Assembly: GCA_016215455.1 (NCBI GenBank)
Contig: JACRJP010000004.1
Location: 91,787-155,786, forward strand
Source of the DNA: Candidatus Tayloriibacteriota bacterium
GTDB lineage: Bacteria > Patescibacteriota > Minisyncoccia > Phycocordibacterales > PALSA-1337
DNA: 64,000 nt
Direction: 5' to 3'
The notes under the pieces were generated by a model that saw only the letters and a list, made by a program, of their open reading frames with translations, was not told where the DNA came from and made no database searches. The number at the start of each line of letters is the position of its first letter. Position 1 is the first letter of the stretch. Shown here in pieces: positions 29,774 through 39,459 of this stretch. The translations under genes were made by a program, and so were the position numbers.

Positions 29774-30073
29774 ATGAGCGAAGTCGCTCCTCACATCACG
29801 TGCACCATTCTTTGGAATGGTGGGTGGGATGATTACCTCGTTGATATCAGTGAGACCACTGATGCCCCTGCAACTGGAATTGGTCCCGATTGGTGGAAAC
29901 ATCATCCAAACGGAACCTTTACCACACCAGGTGGTTGGTGGATCCTGTGTCGTTACTTGAACTACGACCAGTTCAACGGTAATCCTGCCATACCCAACCC
30001 CCAAAAAGGCAGGGGTGTATATCCTGACACCAAAGGGATACGCATCCTCAAACATCTTGGTGGAGGCGATTAA
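29774..30073 (+). CDS. small Trp/Gly-rich hypothetical protein (G+C-rich insert)
   Basis: 99-aa ORF with RBS GGAAAGGAAG 4 nt upstream. Preceded by a structured leader. The overlapping minus-strand ORF was rejected. Confidence 0.4.
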   Translation: MSEVAPHITCTILWNGGWDDYLVDISETTDAPATGIGPDWWKHHPNGTFTTPGGWWILCRYLNYDQFNGNPAIPNPQKGRGVYPDTKGIRILKHLGGGD

Positions 30074-30165
30074 ACAACTAACCGAGGGCCTCGTATGCCA
30101 GCCGGATAAATCAGCACGGTCACACCATTCGGGATGTGATCATTTTTATTTTTAAACTTTATAAC

Positions 30166-30200
30166 CCTACTTCTTTGAAATAATTGTCTTCTTATACGTA
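30166..30200. repeat. direct repeat copy 2 (functional 3' end of the mreB-like gene)
   Basis: Matches 29559-29594. Confidence 0.7.
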
Positions 30201-31180
30201 TCGAGGTGATCGAGTGCAATACCAGTTCCCTTTACCACACAAAAGAGTGCATCATCAGCAAGACGAGCCTTTACTCCAGTTCGTCGATACACAAGTTCAG
30301 GAAGGTTACGGAGAAGTGATGAACCGCCAGTCATAGTAATACCCTGATCGATAATATCAGCAGCAAGCTCGGGTGGAGTTTCTTGAAGGACATCTTTGAT
30401 CGCCTTGATCATATCCCGAAGTTCTTTATTAATCGCCTTTACGATTTCATTTGTTTTAATCTCTGTTGAACGTGGAAGACCTGAAACAAAATCACGTCCC
30501 TTCACTGTCATGACAAATTCTTCTTCAAGTGGAATAGCTGAACCAATTTTAATTTTAATTTGTTCTGATGTCTTATCACCGATAGCAAGATTGAATGTCT
30601 TCTTTATATAATCAGCAATAGCAGCATCAATACGATCACCAGCACATTTTACTGATGTACACGCCACAATACCTCCAAGTGAAATCACCGCAACATCAGT
30701 TGTACCTCCTCCGATATCAACTACCATGTGTCCAACTGCTTCTTGAATAGGGATACCGGCACCAATAGCTGCGAGAATCGGCTCCTTAACCACGTACGCA
30801 TTTTTGGCCCCTGCCTTAAGTGCAGCTTCAATCACCGCACGACGTTCAGTCGATGTAATACCAGCGGGTACTGACACCATGACATCGGGTTTGAAAATAT
30901 TCCACTTCCCTAAGGCTTTATCAATAAAATAACGAAGCATCGCTTCAGTCACACGATAGTCAGCAATTACCCCATCACGCATCGGTCGATATGCAATGAT
31001 ATTTTCAGGAGTACGCCCAATCATCTCTTTGGCATCAAGACCTACTGCCAAGATCTTCTTATCATGTTCAGACACTGCAACAACCGAAGGTTCATTCAAA
31101 ACAACCCCTTTTCCAGGAACAAAAACAAGAGTGTTTGCTGTCCCAAGATCAATACCGATTTTTTTACTCCAGAGTGACAT
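30167..31180 (-). CDS. MreB/Mbl-family actin-like protein (second paralog)
   Basis: GIDLGTANTLVFV, DIGGGTTDVAVISLGGIV; 337 aa. Confidence 0.8.
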   Translation of the reverse strand: MSLWSKKIGIDLGTANTLVFVPGKGVVLNEPSVVAVSEHDKKILAVGLDAKEMIGRTPENIIAYRPMRDGVIADYRVTEAMLRYFIDKALGKWNIFKPDVMVSVPAGITSTERRAVIEAALKAGAKNAYVVKEPILAAIGAGIPIQEAVGHMVVDIGGGTTDVAVISLGGIVACTSVKCAGDRIDAAIADYIKKTFNLAIGDKTSEQIKIKIGSAIPLEEEFVMTVKGRDFVSGLPRSTEIKTNEIVKAINKELRDMIKAIKDVLQETPPELAADIIDQGITMTGGSSLLRNLPELVYRRTGVKARLADDALFCVVKGTGIALDHLDTYKKTIISKK

Positions 31181-31205
31181 AGCGCCACTATAACATATTT
31201 ACAAA

Positions 31206-32033
31206 CTATATAACAAAATCTGGTTGCTGCGCTCTTCGCTCCACTTCTTCGTTGAAAAGTCTCGCTATAATATCAAAAGGGACCTCCTTAAAATCAGGAC
31301 CAATTTCATTCGACATAGTATGAAAGACGAGTTCGGGGAAATTTAAATATTTGTCGCTATAATTCACCTTACCTACAAAAAAGCTACCTGGTCGTAAAAA
31401 TCTACCAACCGTAGCCTCTTTTAATTCAGAGTGCTGAGCAAGTATCTCACCACAACAATCTTTCATTTTCATCAAAGTTTGATCATCAATCGTTTTCATA
31501 TATGAACCGATAATCTTCGAATCGAAATCATACCCGGTGTCAGCTCTTCGCTCTTCTTCAGTAACGCGAATAGTTTCAGATAGAATATCCTCTAATTCTT
31601 GACCACTTATTTCAAGATCTCTAAATCGTATCCCGTCATCATGCTTTGCTCGATCAGAAGGAAGAGTAGCAAGATGGACTTTTTTAAATACACCATCTAT
31701 AAATTCTTCAAAAGTAGGAGGTGCTGGATGGTTGAGAAATGTAGAGTTGGATACCAATCTATCGTAGCCATCTCCACGACGTGACATTTGTCTTAAAAAA
31801 TAATCAAGCCCACCGTGTGTCGCTCGTGACGGAACTTCGGAAGACCAATCGAGTGAGCCTTTAAGACCCGCAATCTTGTCTCGTATTTGGGTAAGACGAC
31901 GTACTGACATATGAAAAGACGCTATTCCTTCCTGAAATTGTGTAAGAAATGCATCGCGAAGCTCTCGAATCTTTTCTGCACGAGCATCAGGGATGACAGG
32001 AGCTTCGGATTCAGCAGATGGAAATTCATTCAT
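31206..32033 (-). CDS. hypothetical protein
   Basis: 275-aa acidic ORF co-directional with the mreB paralog. Confidence 0.45.
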   Translation of the reverse strand: MNEFPSAESEAPVIPDARAEKIRELRDAFLTQFQEGIASFHMSVRRLTQIRDKIAGLKGSLDWSSEVPSRATHGGLDYFLRQMSRRGDGYDRLVSNSTFLNHPAPPTFEEFIDGVFKKVHLATLPSDRAKHDDGIRFRDLEISGQELEDILSETIRVTEEERRADTGYDFDSKIIGSYMKTIDDQTLMKMKDCCGEILAQHSELKEATVGRFLRPGSFFVGKVNYSDKYLNFPELVFHTMSNEIGPDFKEVPFDIIARLFNEEVERRAQQPDFVI

Positions 32034-32062
32034 GGTAATAAAATTATAGCATACAGCATTTT

Positions 32063-33136
32063 TTAACGAAGCATCTCCAAAAAATCAACGCTAGACACTT
32101 TCACACTCTGAGGAACAACATGAATTTTCTTGTCTATACCAAGAAGTTCTGCTAATCCGTTCACTGTACGAACAAAATTCAAACCATTCAGCAAAAGATT
32201 CTTTTCATGCTCATCAATCTCAGTACCCAAAGAAAGTTTTATGAGAATCGCTACAGTTTTATCCATCACACGATTATCACCTGGATATCGTGCATCGACC
32301 AAAGAATATGAGATTTTATCTTCTTTTTGATACACAACGACATTATCCTGTCCTGCAAGATCGAGTATTTCTCCAGTGTCTTCTGTATAGATAATTATTT
32401 TCTTAATTAATTCCCGTAACAATTTGTGTACATTTTCGTCAGTTTCAGACGCACTAAGAAGAGCTCGTAATGAATCCGAGGATTGAACACTAAGAAATTC
32501 TTCTTTATCCAATTTTTCTTCTGTACCTTGCTCAAAAACTAAACGATCAGTTATCTTCTTGTATACGTCAGCGCGTACCCCTTCTTTTTCAGCATATCCC
32601 GTAACAAGAGAAAGGCGATCAGGATCATTCATAGCCTCCACTCGTTTCTGTATTGTGATAACACTCCACGCTTCATTAATTTCAGGTATTACACCTTCTC
32701 TACAAACAACCTTCAATATATCTTGGGTAACAGGAATTTTGATTAAAGCCTCTTTTTGACCAGGAACATGCTCAGCTCCAAAATACTGTTTGAGTTGTTG
32801 ATGATAAACCCCCTCTCTTTTAAGAAAATCTTGTACAGCAGATTTTACCTCTTCTTCCAATGAATCAGCAGGTAATCCGTGTGTCATATTCCATTCAAGT
32901 ATCCCTCTCAGTGCCTCTGTCGCAACTTTCACCACAACACCTTGATGCTCTGGTATGTCGTATACAATATGCTCTCCACCTTTTGCTATAAATTTTGGTT
33001 GATATCTTGTAACTAAATCATGCTCAACCGCATTAAGAGTAAATCTTTCTTCCTCAGGAACAGTTCTCTCAACCGCCGTAGAATCTGTTTCTGTCAGAAT
33101 GTCGTTAGGGGTAGTTTTGAGAGTTTCAGGACTCAT
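32063..33136 (-). CDS. hypothetical protein
   Basis: 357 aa. The N-terminal KGGEHIVYDIP is Gly-loop-like, so it may be an atypical kinase-like fold. Speculative. Confidence 0.45.
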   Translation of the reverse strand: MSPETLKTTPNDILTETDSTAVERTVPEEERFTLNAVEHDLVTRYQPKFIAKGGEHIVYDIPEHQGVVVKVATEALRGILEWNMTHGLPADSLEEEVKSAVQDFLKREGVYHQQLKQYFGAEHVPGQKEALIKIPVTQDILKVVCREGVIPEINEAWSVITIQKRVEAMNDPDRLSLVTGYAEKEGVRADVYKKITDRLVFEQGTEEKLDKEEFLSVQSSDSLRALLSASETDENVHKLLRELIKKIIIYTEDTGEILDLAGQDNVVVYQKEDKISYSLVDARYPGDNRVMDKTVAILIKLSLGTEIDEHEKNLLLNGLNFVRTVNGLAELLGIDKKIHVVPQSVKVSSVDFLEMLR

Positions 33137-33210
33137 CCGCCTATTCTAACAGAACATCATCCCAGGTAACAGTCAGCTAGATATACACATTTTATTGACT
33201 AGATTTATAT

Positions 33211-33226
33211 ATAGCATATATGCTAT
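33211..33226. promoter_or_regulatory. perfect 16-bp palindrome ATAGCATATATGCTAT in the promoter region of HTH-murA
   Basis: Self-complementary 16-mer 33 nt upstream of the ATG, overlapping -35-like TTGACT (33195-33200) and a TATACT -10-like box. Confidence 0.5.
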
Positions 33227-33258
33227 ACTACTAACCATACGTACAATAAAAGGAATCA

Positions 33259-34791
33259 ATGAAAAATTCAAAGAAAACAAACAATCCCCTCGTGAATATC
33301 GGTAAGATGATTAGCCAACTTCGTGAAGATCGTCGCATGACACAGTCTGAGCTTGCTAAGAAAATCGACACCACTCAAAGTGTTGTCGCTCGTATTGAAA
33401 CAGGTGAACAAAATATTAGTACTGAAACACTTTCAAAAATAAGTGCGGCACTTGATCGTGAAATTGTTACCATTGCTCCAAAAGGTATGCTCAACTTTCG
33501 TGTTGAAGGTGGTCGTAAACTTTCAGGAACTATCGTCGTTCGACCATCTAAGAATGGTACAGTAGGTGTAATGTGTGCATCTCTTTTGAATAAAGGTACG
33601 ACAACAATCAAAAATGCTCCGAAGATCGAAGAAGTGTATCGAATTGCTGAGGTACTCGAAAGTATTGGAGTGAACGTAGAATGGAAAGGTAAAGATCTCC
33701 TTATCACTCCTCCTAAAAAGATTACCATCGACAAAATCGATGTAGAAAATGCTGCCAAAACTCGCAGTGCCATTATGATCATGGGTCCCCTTCTCCATGA
33801 ATTCAAGAAGTTTAATCTTCCTCAGGCTGGAGGTTGTCGACTTGGATCACGAACAGTAAAACCCTACTTTTATGCTCTTGAACGAGTGGGTGTAAAGATT
33901 GAAACGGAATCAGATCACTATGCAATTTCACACAATGGTCTCAAAAAAGACAGTGAGATCATCATGTATGAATCTGGTGACACTGCAACTGAAACAGTTC
34001 TCATGGCTGCTGCACGAATTCCAGGAAAGACTGTTATCAAATTTGCTTCACCGAACTACCAAGTACAAGATGTCTGTTTCTATCTCGAGGCCTTGGGAGT
34101 GAAGATAGAAGGTATTGGAACGGCGTACCTCACTGTTTACGGCAAAGAGAATATCGATACAAACATTGAATACTCTGTAACTGAAGATCCAATTGAGGCT
34201 ATGTCACTTCTTGCAGTAGCAATTGTTACCAAGTCATCTATTACTATTGAGCGCTGCCCTATCGACTTTCTCGAACTCGAACTCTACAAACTCGAAAAGA
34301 TGGGTTTCAAATATAAAATAGTACGACGTTATACAGCAGCAAATGGATCCGCACATCTCGCCGACATTACCACATTCCCTTCACAACTCGTGGCACTCGA
34401 GGAAAAAATTCACGCAATGCACCCTGGTATTAACATGGATAACCTCCCTTTCTTTGCTATCATCGGTACACAAGCAGAAGGTCAGACATTCATCCATGAT
34501 TGGAGTTTTGAAGAACGAGCTATCTACTACAAGGAACTTGATAAGATGCGTGCTGATACGATTCTTGCCGATCCACACCGCTTCTATGTCAAAGGCCCTA
34601 CAAAGCTCAAGGCAACAGAAATTGTCTGTCCCCCAGCACTACGCCCTTCAGTGATTATTCTCATTGGTATGCTCGCAGCTGAAGGAACATCAATCCTTCG
34701 TGGAGTCTATAACATCAATCGTGGCTACGAAGACCTCGCTGAACGACTCAATTCTATTGGTGCAAAAATCGAAACATTCCGAGATTTGTAA
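33259..34791 (+). CDS. murA: XRE-type HTH domain fused to UDP-N-acetylglucosamine 1-carboxyvinyltransferase (MurA)
   Basis: Residues ~10-70 read as an HTH_XRE (QSELAKKIDTTQSVVARIETGEQNIS). Residues ~77-510 are collinear with MurA, with the catalytic Cys in GGCRLGSR. SD AAAGGAA precedes the ATG at 33259. Confidence 0.8.
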   Translation: MKNSKKTNNPLVNIGKMISQLREDRRMTQSELAKKIDTTQSVVARIETGEQNISTETLSKISAALDREIVTIAPKGMLNFRVEGGRKLSGTIVVRPSKNGTVGVMCASLLNKGTTTIKNAPKIEEVYRIAEVLESIGVNVEWKGKDLLITPPKKITIDKIDVENAAKTRSAIMIMGPLLHEFKKFNLPQAGGCRLGSRTVKPYFYALERVGVKIETESDHYAISHNGLKKDSEIIMYESGDTATETVLMAAARIPGKTVIKFASPNYQVQDVCFYLEALGVKIEGIGTAYLTVYGKENIDTNIEYSVTEDPIEAMSLLAVAIVTKSSITIERCPIDFLELELYKLEKMGFKYKIVRRYTAANGSAHLADITTFPSQLVALEEKIHAMHPGINMDNLPFFAIIGTQAEGQTFIHDWSFEERAIYYKELDKMRADTILADPHRFYVKGPTKLKATEIVCPPALRPSVIILIGMLAAEGTSILRGVYNINRGYEDLAERLNSIGAKIETFRDL

Positions 34792-34822
34792 AAAGTCTAT
34801 CTGAGTTTGCTATACTGTAGCT

Positions 34823-36733
34823 ATGAACGTCATTGAGGTTATACCGATCGCCCGAACCATTGGTACTGAGACCCTTTCCTATTTCACCGGAGAGAATATT
34901 CCCCTTGGAGCTCTCGTTAAGGTTCCTCTTCGTAAAAAGAAGATCAATGCAATTGTTGTCGCTACTCATCCAGTGAGTGATGTTAAGTCACATGTAAAAA
35001 CAGCTGACTTCAGTATGAGAAAAATCGATGAACTTACTTCAACGAAATTTCTCTCTCCTGAATTCATGAAAGCGGTACAAAAAACATCAACATATTTTGC
35101 GGCACCAATTGGATCAATCCTCACTCAAACTGTTGCAGGAGGACTCTTTTCATATCCTGATAAGATTGTGCCGAAACTCCCTCAACCTTCAACCTACTCA
35201 CCGATGGATCGTTTTGTTGTTCAAGGAGATGATCTCGAACGTAGCTCGCATCACAAAAGTCTCATCCGACAAGAATTCGCCCGCAAACGCTCAGTAGTCA
35301 TTCTCGTACCAACTGTCGAAGATGGGACGTATATGCATAAGCTTATCGAAAAAGGTATTGAAGAATACACTGTTTTCCTTCATGCGGGTATTACAAAAAA
35401 AGCCCTCAAAGAAACTTTGCATAAAATTCAAAACGAACCACATCCAATGGTTATTTTTGCTACAGGACCTTTCCTTGCTCTTCCTCGCACCGACATTGCC
35501 ACAATCATTATCGAACGTGAAAATGGTAAAGGGTACCGTACACCAAAACGTCCATACATTGACTATCGAGTATTCGCAGAATTTCTCGCTTTCGAAAGCA
35601 ACGCTCGTTTGTATGTTGGTGACATACTTCTTCGCACCGAAACTCTTGAACGACAAAGTCGAGGTGAATTCGTTGAATCACCTCCTTTCAAATGGCGATC
35701 TCTTTCAACAGCAGAAGATTCTTTAATCGACATGCGACCTGATCGAAATAGAGATGCCCCTCTTGAGAAATTTAGAATTCTCTCACCTCTTGCCGAGACA
35801 GTCATTCAAACAACTCGAACACAGAGTGAACATATGATAATTTACGCAACCCGACGAGGAGTTGCTCCCATGACCGTATGTGGTGATTGCCAAAATATCG
35901 TGACGTGCCGAAAGTGTAGTGCCCCTGTCGTCCTTCATGAGCCAAAAGCACAGGTTCAAGGTGATAGTGTTCCCTTTTTCCTTTGCCATCGCTGTGGTGA
36001 TCGACGTGGAGCAGATGAAACATGTTCAGTGTGTGATAGCTGGAAGCTTGGTACTGTTGGTATTGGTATTGATCTCATTGCAAAAAAGCTACGTGACAAA
36101 TTTACTGACATAAAACTATACATCATCGACGCTGATACAACTCCAACAGAAAAAGCAGTCAAAGAAACCATTGCAAAATGGCGTGCTGCGCCAGGAAGTA
36201 TTCTATTAGGTACTGATATGATGCTATCGTACCTCCATGAACCTGTACACAATGTCTTGATTGTCTCACTTGATTCTCTTTTCTCGCTCCCTGATTTTCG
36301 TATTCAAGAAAAAATAGTGTATACCCTCACTAAGCTCCGTACCCTTGCTACCTCAACGTTTATCCTCCAAACACGAAAACCTCATGAAAAAGTTCTTGAA
36401 TATGCACTCAAAGGAAATCTTGCAGACTTTCATCGTCTTCATATAGCTGAACGCAAACAATTCAATTACCCACCGTTTTCTGTTCTCATAAAAATTACTC
36501 TTGAAGGTAAGCGTGATCAAATTGTAAAAGAAATGGAAGAATTACAATCATTCCTTGCACCATTCGAGATCGAAGTATTTCCTGCATTTACCCACACAGT
36601 TCGAGGTAACCACGTACTTCACGGTCTTCTCCGCATTCCTCGCGAACAATGGCCACTCCCTGAACTCGTAACAAAACTTCAATCACTTCCACCATATGTT
36701 GCCCTACGAGTTGATCCAGAAAGTTTGTTGTAA
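34823..36733 (+). CDS. priA: primosomal protein N' (PriA)-like, helicase motifs degenerate
   Basis: C-terminal Cys-rich zinc region CGDCQ...CRKC...CHRCG...CSVC. The N-terminal 3'-DNA-binding region is conserved, but there is no GxGKT Walker A and no DEEH box. Confidence 0.65.
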   Translation: MNVIEVIPIARTIGTETLSYFTGENIPLGALVKVPLRKKKINAIVVATHPVSDVKSHVKTADFSMRKIDELTSTKFLSPEFMKAVQKTSTYFAAPIGSILTQTVAGGLFSYPDKIVPKLPQPSTYSPMDRFVVQGDDLERSSHHKSLIRQEFARKRSVVILVPTVEDGTYMHKLIEKGIEEYTVFLHAGITKKALKETLHKIQNEPHPMVIFATGPFLALPRTDIATIIIERENGKGYRTPKRPYIDYRVFAEFLAFESNARLYVGDILLRTETLERQSRGEFVESPPFKWRSLSTAEDSLIDMRPDRNRDAPLEKFRILSPLAETVIQTTRTQSEHMIIYATRRGVAPMTVCGDCQNIVTCRKCSAPVVLHEPKAQVQGDSVPFFLCHRCGDRRGADETCSVCDSWKLGTVGIGIDLIAKKLRDKFTDIKLYIIDADTTPTEKAVKETIAKWRAAPGSILLGTDMMLSYLHEPVHNVLIVSLDSLFSLPDFRIQEKIVYTLTKLRTLATSTFILQTRKPHEKVLEYALKGNLADFHRLHIAERKQFNYPPFSVLIKITLEGKRDQIVKEMEELQSFLAPFEIEVFPAFTHTVRGNHVLHGLLRIPREQWPLPELVTKLQSLPPYVALRVDPESLL

Positions 36734-36781
36734 ATAAGGTGTTTCATAATGACAAGGTAGTTTGATTTAAACTCATTTTCA

Positions 36782-37348
36782 TTGTATAGTATTTTCATGG
36801 TAGATATCATCCAAAATGGTAATCCAATACTCCGCGAAGTCGCGCATCCAGTCTCCCTTGAGGAGTGTGGTTCTTCACGTATCAAGAAAGTCATCTCGGA
36901 TATGCGCGAAGCATTAGCCTCACAAAGTGACGGCGTTGCAATTGCTGCGCCTCAAATCGCTCAATCACTACGAATATTTCTTGTATCAGGTAAAGTTCTC
37001 AAGGAAGCTAATCCAGAACTCTATAAAGACCTCCCTGATGAAATAGTTTTCATTAATCCTGAAATTACAAAACTCTCAAAAGAAACTCAGATTCTTGAAG
37101 AAGGCTGTCTCAGTGTTCGATGGTTATATGGAAAGGTAAAACGCTCAAAAAAAGCATCGATCAGAGCATACGATGTGACAGGTAAGAAATTTGAACGTGG
37201 AGCAAGTGGTCTTCTTGCTCAGATATTCCAACACGAAGTGGATCATTTAAACGGTGTGCTCTTTATTGATAAGGCATTTGATATTGAAGAGGTTCTTCCT
37301 GAACATATCGAAGCTCGAACAAAAAACAAGAAAAAGTTGTCAGAATAA
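36782..37348 (+). CDS. def: peptide deformylase
   Basis: Motifs GIAAPQI, EGCLS, QHEVDHLNG. Confidence 0.9.
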   Translation: MYSIFMVDIIQNGNPILREVAHPVSLEECGSSRIKKVISDMREALASQSDGVAIAAPQIAQSLRIFLVSGKVLKEANPELYKDLPDEIVFINPEITKLSKETQILEEGCLSVRWLYGKVKRSKKASIRAYDVTGKKFERGASGLLAQIFQHEVDHLNGVLFIDKAFDIEEVLPEHIEARTKNKKKLSE

Positions 37349-37362
37349 GCTACAATACTCTC

Positions 37363-38193
37363 ATGATTCCTTTTGTCTATTTCGGCAGCTCGCAGTTTTC
37401 AGTTTTCATACTTGATGAACTTGAGAAATTAGGTTTTCTTCCAACTCTCATCGTCTCTACTCCTGATAAGCCACAGGGACGTAAACTTGTCATGACTCCG
37501 ACTCCTGTGACACTCTGGGCTCGAACACGAAAAATTCCTACATTTACTCCAGAGAGTCTCAATAGTGCAGCAATCAATCATATCAAAGACATTGGTGCGG
37601 ATATTTTTATTGTTGCTTCATACGGAAAGATCCTTCCAAAAGAACTCATTAATCTTCCTAAATACAAAACGATTAACGTACACCCTTCTTTGCTTCCAAA
37701 GTACCGAGGACCATCTCCTCTTCAATCAATGATTCTTGCTGATGATAAGGAAACGGGTACTTCAATTATGATAATTGATGAAAAGATGGATCATGGTCCA
37801 CTTCTTGGACAAGCAACACTTACTATATATGACTGGCCACCACTCCTGGAACTCAAGCGTCAGATGGCAGTTCTTAGTGTACAAGTACTCGCTGAAGTAT
37901 TACCTCAATGGATTGCTGGAACACTTACCCCTAAAGAACAAGATCATTCTCAGGCGACCTATACAAAGAAAATAACCAAAGAAGATGGTCGCATTGATCT
38001 CAAAGAAGATCCGTACTATAACTTTCGGAAAATTCAAGCATATAGTGGCTGGCCTTCAGCATTCTTTTTTACTGAACGACATAACAAAAAGATACGCGTC
38101 AAAATTACGAGTGCTCGCTTTGAAAAAGACAAACTCATCATCGACAAAGTTATTCCCGAAGGAAAAGGAGAGATTCCATTTCGAGACCTTTAA
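37363..38193 (+). CDS. fmt: methionyl-tRNA formyltransferase
   Basis: Formyl-transferase N-domain (SYGKILP...NVHPSLLPKYRGPSP) with the C-terminal domain. Confidence 0.9.
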   Translation: MIPFVYFGSSQFSVFILDELEKLGFLPTLIVSTPDKPQGRKLVMTPTPVTLWARTRKIPTFTPESLNSAAINHIKDIGADIFIVASYGKILPKELINLPKYKTINVHPSLLPKYRGPSPLQSMILADDKETGTSIMIIDEKMDHGPLLGQATLTIYDWPPLLELKRQMAVLSVQVLAEVLPQWIAGTLTPKEQDHSQATYTKKITKEDGRIDLKEDPYYNFRKIQAYSGWPSAFFFTERHNKKIRVKITSARFEKDKLIIDKVIPEGKGEIPFRDL

Positions 38194-38195
38194 TC

Positions 38196-38396
38196 TTATT
38201 TACTACGAATTGTATCGTTAGAACTCTTTGCAGAGGAACTTCCTATCTCACGGAGCACTTCTTCTTCAATTGCAAGATTATCTCCAATCGCTTGTGCCTT
38301 GTGAGTAAAGTAATAAAGAACTGTCCAAAAAGCCATGAGCGCTGTGAGAAGAATACAGAGCGGTGAACTTACTTTTTGAACCAAAAATTCTTTCAT
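38196..38396 (-). CDS. small membrane protein (hypothetical)
   Basis: 66 aa with 1 TM. Confidence 0.3.
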   Translation of the reverse strand: MKEFLVQKVSSPLCILLTALMAFWTVLYYFTHKAQAIGDNLAIEEEVLREIGSSSAKSSNDTIRSK

Positions 38397-38414
38397 GAAA
38401 TTTGAGTATAGATA

Positions 38415-38801
38415 CTAAGATTGTACAACATCATCACTTCCAAACAAACCCTTAATCATTGATTTTACTTTTGCTCCACCTTTTCGCATCATTGATACTT
38501 TCTTATCTTTCAAGCCAGTGAGCTTACTCATTACTTCATCTCGTACCATATCAATCGCTGAATAGAGATCTGTTGTTTCTTTTGCAACGTATATTTCTTG
38601 TCCCTTGAGATGGACTCGTACTTCTGCACGGAAGATATCACCGTGCTTATGGTGACTTGATGTCTTACCTACTTCCACATGACACACAGTATCAGGAGAA
38701 TGACGATCAATGAATTTTGAGACGCCTTCGAGTTTCTTGCTAATGTAATCTGAAATTGCTGGAGTTAATTCAATATTTGAACCTTTTACGTTAATGTTCA
38801 T
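38415..38801 (-). CDS. hpf: ribosome hibernation-promoting factor (HPF/RaiA family)
   Basis: MNINVKGSNIELTPAISDYI... sigma-54 modulation protein/S30EA family pattern. Confidence 0.85.
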   Translation of the reverse strand: MNINVKGSNIELTPAISDYISKKLEGVSKFIDRHSPDTVCHVEVGKTSSHHKHGDIFRAEVRVHLKGQEIYVAKETTDLYSAIDMVRDEVMSKLTGLKDKKVSMMRKGGAKVKSMIKGLFGSDDVVQS

Positions 38802-38877
38802 ATGTGTTGTAGATTAGCGTGTAATGAAACTCTTACTTCTTTAGTATACCTCGAGAAGAGCATGGTTCAAAATGGTT

Positions 38878-38906
38878 TTGACACATGTATAAAGATGGTG
38901 TATAAA
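38878..38906 (+). promoter_or_regulatory. sigma70-like promoter (TTGACA-N17-TATAAA)
   Basis: TTGACA at 38878-83, 17-nt spacer, TATAAA at 38901-06. Confidence 0.5.
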
Positions 38907-38934
38907 GTGGTCCAGACATATCCACATATCTCGT

Positions 38935-39453
38935 ATGAATTTCCCTGAAGAAACATTTTTCAAGGGGAAGTTCTATGTAATAACTCCCCTTTCAGTCTAC
39001 GAAATCGTTACCAGAGGACTCTGGAGCGGTGTTACGGCACATAAGATTGCAACGAGAGAACCTTATGACCTACAGCAACGTCAATTGGGTCAACCGTTAT
39101 ATGGTGGGATTTTTCTCGCCATTACACGAAATGGTATTTTGAAATACGGAGGGTGCACCTATACAGGACCGTTTCAAAAACCAGGACAAAAAGCTCCTGT
39201 ATTTGATCAAGTTTCTCGAAAACGTCGAGGAACCTATAGCGACACAGTCGTTGCGCTATGCTTTGATCTTGACCAAGCTTTTACGTGTCACGATATTTAC
39301 CCAAAAGAGAGTTTTGATCCTCGTTGGGAAGAATCTACACGCGAAGTGCTCCAGAAAATTGGACATGAGCATCCATTCATTGGACTCTGTCTCACAGGAC
39401 CTGAAGCACTCCCTCTCCACATTCATCCACCGCGGCTTGCGCATGGAATGTAG
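38935..39453 (+). CDS. hypothetical protein (G+C-rich islet)
   Basis: 172-aa ORF ~30 nt downstream of the promoter; no SD. Confidence 0.4.
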   Translation: MNFPEETFFKGKFYVITPLSVYEIVTRGLWSGVTAHKIATREPYDLQQRQLGQPLYGGIFLAITRNGILKYGGCTYTGPFQKPGQKAPVFDQVSRKRRGTYSDTVVALCFDLDQAFTCHDIYPKESFDPRWEESTREVLQKIGHEHPFIGLCLTGPEALPLHIHPPRLAHGM

Positions 39454-39459
39454 GACTTT

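Noticed and set aside
29672-30055. Minus-strand ORF overlapping 29774..30073
   Set aside because: It is antisense to an ORF with promoter, leader and RBS. Its product is low-complexity and likely a shadow ORF of the G+C-rich DNA.
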